The translations under genes were made by a program, and so were the position numbers. Of a DNA stretch of 64,000 nt, positions 58,139-64,000 are shown in pieces. Source of the stretch: Octopus sinensis (Eukaryota). Position 1 is the stretch's first letter; the number at the start of each line of letters is the position of its first letter. The notes beneath the pieces are model-generated. The model was not told the origin of the DNA. It was given only the letters and a program-made list of their open reading frames with translations, and did no database searches. Location: positions 39,308,001 through 39,372,000 of the forward strand of contig NC_042997.1 in assembly GCF_006345805.1 (NCBI RefSeq). Direction: 5' to 3'.

Positions 58139-58337
58139 TTACCAATCGCTTTCGCGCTAGGGGTACCGCGGAGTGTTAGTTAACAATACGATTATATTAC
58201 CGTACGCTCATCAGATGTAGCCGATTTGGAACGAAATATGACCATTCCATATAGGCTACCTTTGATGAGCATAGGGTTATATAATCGGATTGTTACATAA
58301 TACTCCGTTGTATTCCTAGCTCGAAACCAATTGGTAA
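58139..58337. repeat. 199-nt gapless inverted repeat (93-bp arms, 13-nt loop)
   Basis: Hand alignment: 75/93 Watson-Crick pairs, no indels. Confidence 0.92.
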
Positions 58338-59194
58338 TATCATCCGTAATAGATATGTAAAAACTAACACTTCCTTTTTCCGAGCTGAGATTCGACACCG
58401 AATCTAAGGATTCTCGCTCGTCTGATCCACCACTGGCCAAACAGGCGCGAAAGAAATTTCTTTGTCCTGTCAAAAAGTGATGGATGGATTTCCCTTCGAC
58501 TTACGACTTGAGTCATGTTGTTTAAGGTTCAAGTGGACAGGAGACGACCTACATAAGTAATCTGTCCTTCTACCTGTCATGACCATTATAAATACAGCAA
58601 TCCGTCAAGGGGCTGCGGAGAGAGCCATCACCAAGCAGACAGCCAGCAAGTAACTTGCGCCAGTCAAGCAGCCAACATAGAAGCACATATTCAGCATGAA
58701 CGATCCAACACAGTAGCAGTCATAGAACATAAACAAATACCATCGGATGACCATAATCACCGAACCTGGAGCTTAACTATGGTCTATCCTTAGCACTTAC
58801 TCGGCATTACCTGACACCTTTGGGTCTTATTGACACCATTACCTCTCATAACCTATATATATATCAGTTATCGACCAATGGTACCTTTCAGTTTCGCACC
58901 TTTAACGATTAGACTGAATGCTTCCCAATTGGCGGTGCCCGTAAAGAAAAAGTTTTCCTACGTAGAATTATGGACAAGAGCAAACAAAACGAAGCAAAAT
59001 AAGCAAACCAACACTGTGTGATTTAGGACGGTGGACGAGGACAAACAGTTTAACAATATATATATATATACACACACATACATATGCATACTTATATACA
59101 TACACCGATCAACAAATACATTCATACTTATACATACACGCACATACATTCATTTACATATATGTATGTACATAGGTATATTTTGGGGCACTCC

Positions 59195-59230
<36 letters not shown>

Positions 59231-59267
59231 TAGATAAGAAAGTTGGTTTGTGAAAGCACGTGGGTGA

Positions 59268-60730
59268 ATATATAGAAAAAAGTAAAGAGTGAAAAAACTA
59301 CAGAAGGCTTAAATGTTAAAATATATATATATTTGCGTCAATATGTCTGAAGAATATTAGAAAATTTTAAAAAAAAATTTTTTCTCTTATAATGACATAA
59401 TTTAAAAGAAAGACCGGTTTCGCGTGTAGCTTTTCAAATTTCTTGCGACGTTATGTTTATGTTGAATAGAGTTTTCGTTATATTTAAGTTCAGGAGAGTT
59501 CTAAATAAGGGAAGGTAGTGAGTGATTTCTTCCGGTGTAAGGGAGATAATCGCTTAAAAAATTTTCCCTTTCCCTTGGTGTGAATTTCTCTGTATCAGTA
59601 TGTTCGGATGGTTGAGTCTGGGCTTGTACTTTTCAATGAAGAATGTTCCTTGTTTAGTCTAATTTGTGTTGATGTTCCGAAAGCACATTGGTAAAATGGA
59701 AAGATTAAAAATTGTGGTAGTAGTTGCTTTGCGCATTTCTCAATGTGCTCACTAAAGGTATCATTCTATATTCTGGGAATGCAATTTGTTGTCGATGCAG
59801 TGTGCATCTACGTCTGAGTGATAGTCCCGTGGAACCCTACATACAACCCCAGAAACAAAGAAGCCTTCACCATCATCACCCAGAATTTACCAATACTTCA
59901 TAAAGACCCCAAATTAAAGGAAATTCTAAACATACACCAAATCATTAAAAGCTACAAACAGCCTAAATCACTTAAAAAGATTCTCACAAAGGCAAAATTG
60001 TCTTCGGAAATTACGGATGCAAGAGTAAAAAAATGTGGTAGATCGAACTGTGCAACATGCCCTTCCTCTTTAAAGAGGGACAGAAATTCAAGATCAAATC
60101 TAACTTTACTTGTGCCTCTGAAAACATAATTTATGTCATAAAATGCTCGGGCTGCCACCAAGACTACGTGGGTTCCATGGGACTATCACTCAGACGTAGA
60201 TGCACACTGCATCGACAACAAATTGCATTCCCAGAATATAGAATGATACCTTTTAATGAGCACATTGAGAAATGCGCAAAGCAACTACTACCACAATTTT
60301 TAATCTTTCCATTTTACCAATGTGCTTTCGGAACATCAACACAAATTAGACTAAACAAGGAAACATTCTTCATTGAAAAGTACAAGCTCAGACTCAACCA
60401 TCCGAACATACTGATACAGAGAAATTCACACCAAGGGAAAGGGAAAATTTTTTAAGCGATTATCTCCCTTACACCGGAAGAAATCACTCACTACCTTCCC
60501 TTATTAAGAACTCTCCTGAACTTAAACATAACGAAAACTCTATTCAACATAAACATAACGTCACAAGAAATTTGAAAGGCTACACGCGAAACCGGTCTTT
60601 CTTTTAAATTATGTCATCATAAGAGAAAAAAATTTTTTTTTTAATTTTCTAATATTCTTCAGACATATGACGCAAATATATATATTTTTTAACATTTAAG
60701 CCTTCTGTAGTTTTTTCACTCTTTACTATT

Positions 60731-60737
<7 letters not shown>
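59268..60737 (+). mobile_element. Penelope-like element: GIY-YIG endonuclease end plus inverted pseudo-LTR
   Basis: KCGRSNCATC / FTCASENIIYVIKCSGCHQDYVGSMGLSLRRRCTLH (GIY-YIG with Cys knuckle, one frameshift); 59268-59828 is the reverse complement of 60179-60737; flanked by (TA)n. Confidence 0.92.
59406..59444 (-). ncRNA. Variant minimal hammerhead motif in the Penelope pseudo-LTR (second copy 60565-60603 +)
   Basis: aagaaa(t)-TTGAAAA-gc(tacac)gc-GAAA-ccgg-TC-tttctt; U3/A8 covariant core. Confidence 0.5.
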
Positions 60738-60766
<29 letters not shown>

Positions 60767-61283
60767 GCGGGATGGGAAGGATGTGAGTGGGGTGGGGGAA
60801 CTGAATTATAATATTTTTATACTCTGTCCCATCTTGAAAATGCTTATTTGGCGCGGTGGTTACACCTTGGAATTTTCTCATCATGCTTGTTTACCAGGTT
60901 CTCACTACTCAGCAGAATACTCAATACTTCCTCAAGGCGAAGATCACATTTGCCGGATAGGAATTACATGGGTGTGCATTTTTTTTTTTAATTATTGACC
61001 ATTTTATTTCGTTTTTCATTTTTGATTTTTTTTCAGTCTCCATATTCGGTCTGCCAGTGAAGTTGCGTATCGTCTGTATATTTTTCGGAAAGACGAAATG
61101 TGATTGCGACAACAAACTTTGAATTGGTTTCTCCGAGGCACCTATGTATGGGTATTTATGTTGGGATGTGGAGATTGTACATTTGGATATTATGTTTTTT
61201 TTTAGACACATTAGTTCATTAGCGGATTTTTTACGGCATGTGTAGTTATTTGTACTATTATAATTTTCATGTTTATATGTATA

Positions 61284-61323
<40 letters not shown>

Positions 61324-61891
61324 ATGATTATATGTTGTGTATCTTCATCTATAAAATGGTACAGTTTGAGAATGGAAGCCAAGTTTAAATACATCGATTT
61401 GCGTTTCAAAATGCAATTTATACCATGAAAGTAGTTTTTTTAATACAAATCTGACGCTTGTGCAGTTTTGTACATATAATATTTCACATTGTAAACGGCG
61501 GTGTCCCAGCATGGCCACAGCTCGTGAGCTGAATCTTGATGAAATGAAAAATAATGAAATGAAATGTTTCACCAAAATAAGTACATAGATTATACTTGTC
61601 AACCACAGGAAATAGCTACACGTCACTTTCCCTTTTCAGACTTTTGTTTTATGGCTCATCTACACTTCCATTTAAAAAAATAAAACTTTCCGAACATGTT
61701 TTTATTATTTTGACCTTGCGGGAATTTCTCATTTGCGACACTTCCCACACTCGTAAAACTTCGGATTTTGAAAAGTTTTCAGAATTTTGGATAAAAACTT
61801 ATACACGCATACATAATTATAATACATACAAATCAGGTATGGTTTGGCTTTTTAGAACATACACGTATTTCACCAAAATACCATAATAATG

Positions 61892-62021
61892 ACATAACAG
61901 TTGTAGAAACATTATGCAATCTTGCACTCCATCATATCAGTGTTCCGCAATAAATATTTTTATTGTGGAACACTGATGAGGTAAAGTGCAAGATAGAATA
62001 ATGTTTCTACAACTGTTATGT
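61892..62021. repeat. 130-nt hairpin
   Basis: 24-bp perfect outer stem, 10-bp middle stem, 19-bp inner stem with one G-U pair. Confidence 0.9.
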
Positions 62022-62079
62022 AATTACTACTGATGAGACCTGTATATGTTCTATCAAGCATTAAATACCATACTTGATA

Positions 62080-62515
62080 TATTATTATTACTATTATTTC
62101 TTTTTATCACAGGTTTTGTTAGAACTGGAGTCTTGCATGCGCAACAGGCTTGCTGCTTTCTGTTCTTTTCAACTATTTAATACTTTTCTGATTACTCTGG
62201 CTGTGCCAAGGAGGCAAACCTTTTGTAACAGTTCTACTAGGCACTCTCTTCCAATTTCCCTTATATTCCTCTTGATGCCTTCTGATACTGTCCCCAAGGA
62301 CCCAACTGTAACTGGAACCATCTTCACCTTCTTCATTTTTCATAGCTGGTCTATTTCGTACTTAAGAGGATTGTATTTATTAATTTTTTCCCCCCTTTCT
62401 TGACTATTCGTGGGTCAAAGGGACATGCAACATCAACTATATAGCACATGTGGTGCATCTTGTCTACCACCACTAGGTCTGGTCTGTTATGCCTTACCAC
62501 CTGATCTGTTATTCT
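62080..62515 (-). mobile_element. R4/Dong-clade non-LTR retrotransposon 3' end (restriction-like endonuclease)
   Basis: TDQVVRHNRPDLVVVDK..CYIVDVACPFD, then KINKYNPLKYEI..LW..VPVTVGSLG..LQKVCLLGTARVIRKVL; (TAA)n tail. Confidence 0.9.
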
Positions 62516-63209
62516 TATATGTAGCACACGCATACATCCATGCCTATACGCACATACACTTTGTTCTCATGACGGCCTGTCTATTATTCTCTATACATAA
62601 CGCACACACAAGTTAATATATCAATAAATAGAACTCTCTTAATCATTCTACTCGGTTGCGTCTCTCTCTTTTCCAACTGGCACCTTATATGTATTATTCT
62701 AGCCTTTTGAACAGAGTCGTTATTAGATGGTTTCACCACACTTCACCCCGACCATCTACAGAAGCTTTACTTCTTGGACTCACGTTTTTGTGCGCAACAA
62801 TGTTGTTGAACCTCTGTTAACAGCACCGTATGCAGGTCCTTTCTGTTTTCTTTCACGCGGTTAAGTTTTTCACCATAGACCTTATTGGTCGTAAAGACAC
62901 TATATCAGGGGATAGACTGAAAAAGGCCTTCTTAGAGAAAACTGTCTGTTCCCACTGCAGACGACAACACACACACAGCATTACAAACACCGCCCGCACA
63001 TCCACCTTCACGTTCCATGACTACCATTGGGATCGATCAGGTACCGGACAAGGATTCTGGATTATTTTTCCGTTTTTTTTTTCACTTAATTTTTAGTATT
63101 CTCGTTTGTGAGAGTAGTCGAGTTTATTTCAGATATTCTTATTTTAAAAGTCATCTCCGGTTAATTGTTGAGAGGACGTTGGTGTTGCGTTCTCTGAGTG
63201 CTATTATTA

Positions 63210-63619
63210 TTATTGAGTGAGAGAGCAGTGCATGCCATCAAAGTGACACTGAGGTAAAATATACGAAGCCCAGTCATGACTACCCGTCTGATAAGGGTAC
63301 ACTAGGCACATGCATCACAACCATATGTGCGCGACATGGTGATCTCATATCAAGATAAACAGCACATGACCTCGCAAGTGGGGCCCAGTTAGAATTTTGT
63401 TCTGGTCGAGTAACCCATCCCACTCAAAAGGTCCCTGAATAAGGGTTGCTTTAGGATGTTGAACGAAAGACCCCTGTTTCCAGAGGTGAATTATTCAAAC
63501 CCAAAAGAATCCCTCTCAACACATGGCTATGATACTCCCCCACTACTTCTGCTCGTGATCAGAGATGCACATATCGTCAGCCGCTAAGGGACATGCTCAA
63601 CTGGTTACGGTCAAACGAC

Positions 63620-63620
<1 letters not shown>
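63210..63620 (-). repeat. Unclassified interspersed repeat with (TAA)n end; related copy ~19825-20050 +
   Basis: 63410-63620 is largely the reverse complement of 19890-20050. Confidence 0.65.
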
Positions 63621-63695
<75 letters not shown>

Positions 63696-63702
63696 TACTA
63701 TT
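63620..63702. repeat. (TTA)n microsatellite
   Basis: Seen directly. Confidence 0.98.
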
Positions 63703-64000
63703 GAAGGCGGCGAGGTGCCAGAATCGTTAGGACGCTGGGCAAAACTCTTGGCGGTATTTTGTCCTGTCTTTACGTTCTGAGTTCAAATTCTGCTGAGGTG
63801 GACTTTGCCTTTCATCCTTACGAGGTCAATAAATTAAGTACCAGTGAAACACTGGGGTCAATGTAATCGACTTATCCCCTTCCCCAAAATGGCTGCCCTT
63901 GTGACAAAATTAGAAAGCATTATTATTATATTGCTGTCTTTCGTTTGTTTCTTTTTAAACCACCCTATCCTGACGTTGATGTCTCGCATCGTACTACACT

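Noticed and set aside
63017-63050. Possible first exon of a divergent plus-strand gene (ATG...CAG|GTACC)
   Set aside because: Weak donor, only 8 codons, no downstream support in the window.

Overview
AT-rich, repeat-dense eukaryotic genomic DNA; the SINE families and microsatellite load strongly suggest a cephalopod (octopus), which is inferred from repeat style, not proven. One multi-exon protein-coding gene lies on the minus strand (12 coding exons assembled by hand with GT-AG boundaries and matching phases, 55750->10882, 870 aa). It encodes a type II membrane protein of the M28B family (glutamate carboxypeptidase II / NAALADL2 / transferrin receptor fold: TM, PA domain, peptidase-like domain, dimerisation helices) that has lost the catalytic glutamate and most zinc ligands and carries endocytic-type motifs in its cytoplasmic tail. 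The rest is a mosaic of mobile DNA: several tRNA-derived SINE families, a CR1/L2-type LINE with an open RT frame, RTE, R4/Dong, HERO-like and Gypsy fragments, mariner and Tc1/maT remnants, nested TTAA MITEs, a non-autonomous Helitron and a Penelope-like element with an inverted pseudo-LTR. Most notable non-coding signals: several minimal hammerhead ribozyme motifs, a 199-nt gapless rod hairpin whose arms each carry a hammerhead-like core, a cluster of long hairpins downstream of the stop codon, and antisense SINEs just downstream of five splice donors. Exon and hairpin coordinates were counted by hand; repeat boundaries are approximate.
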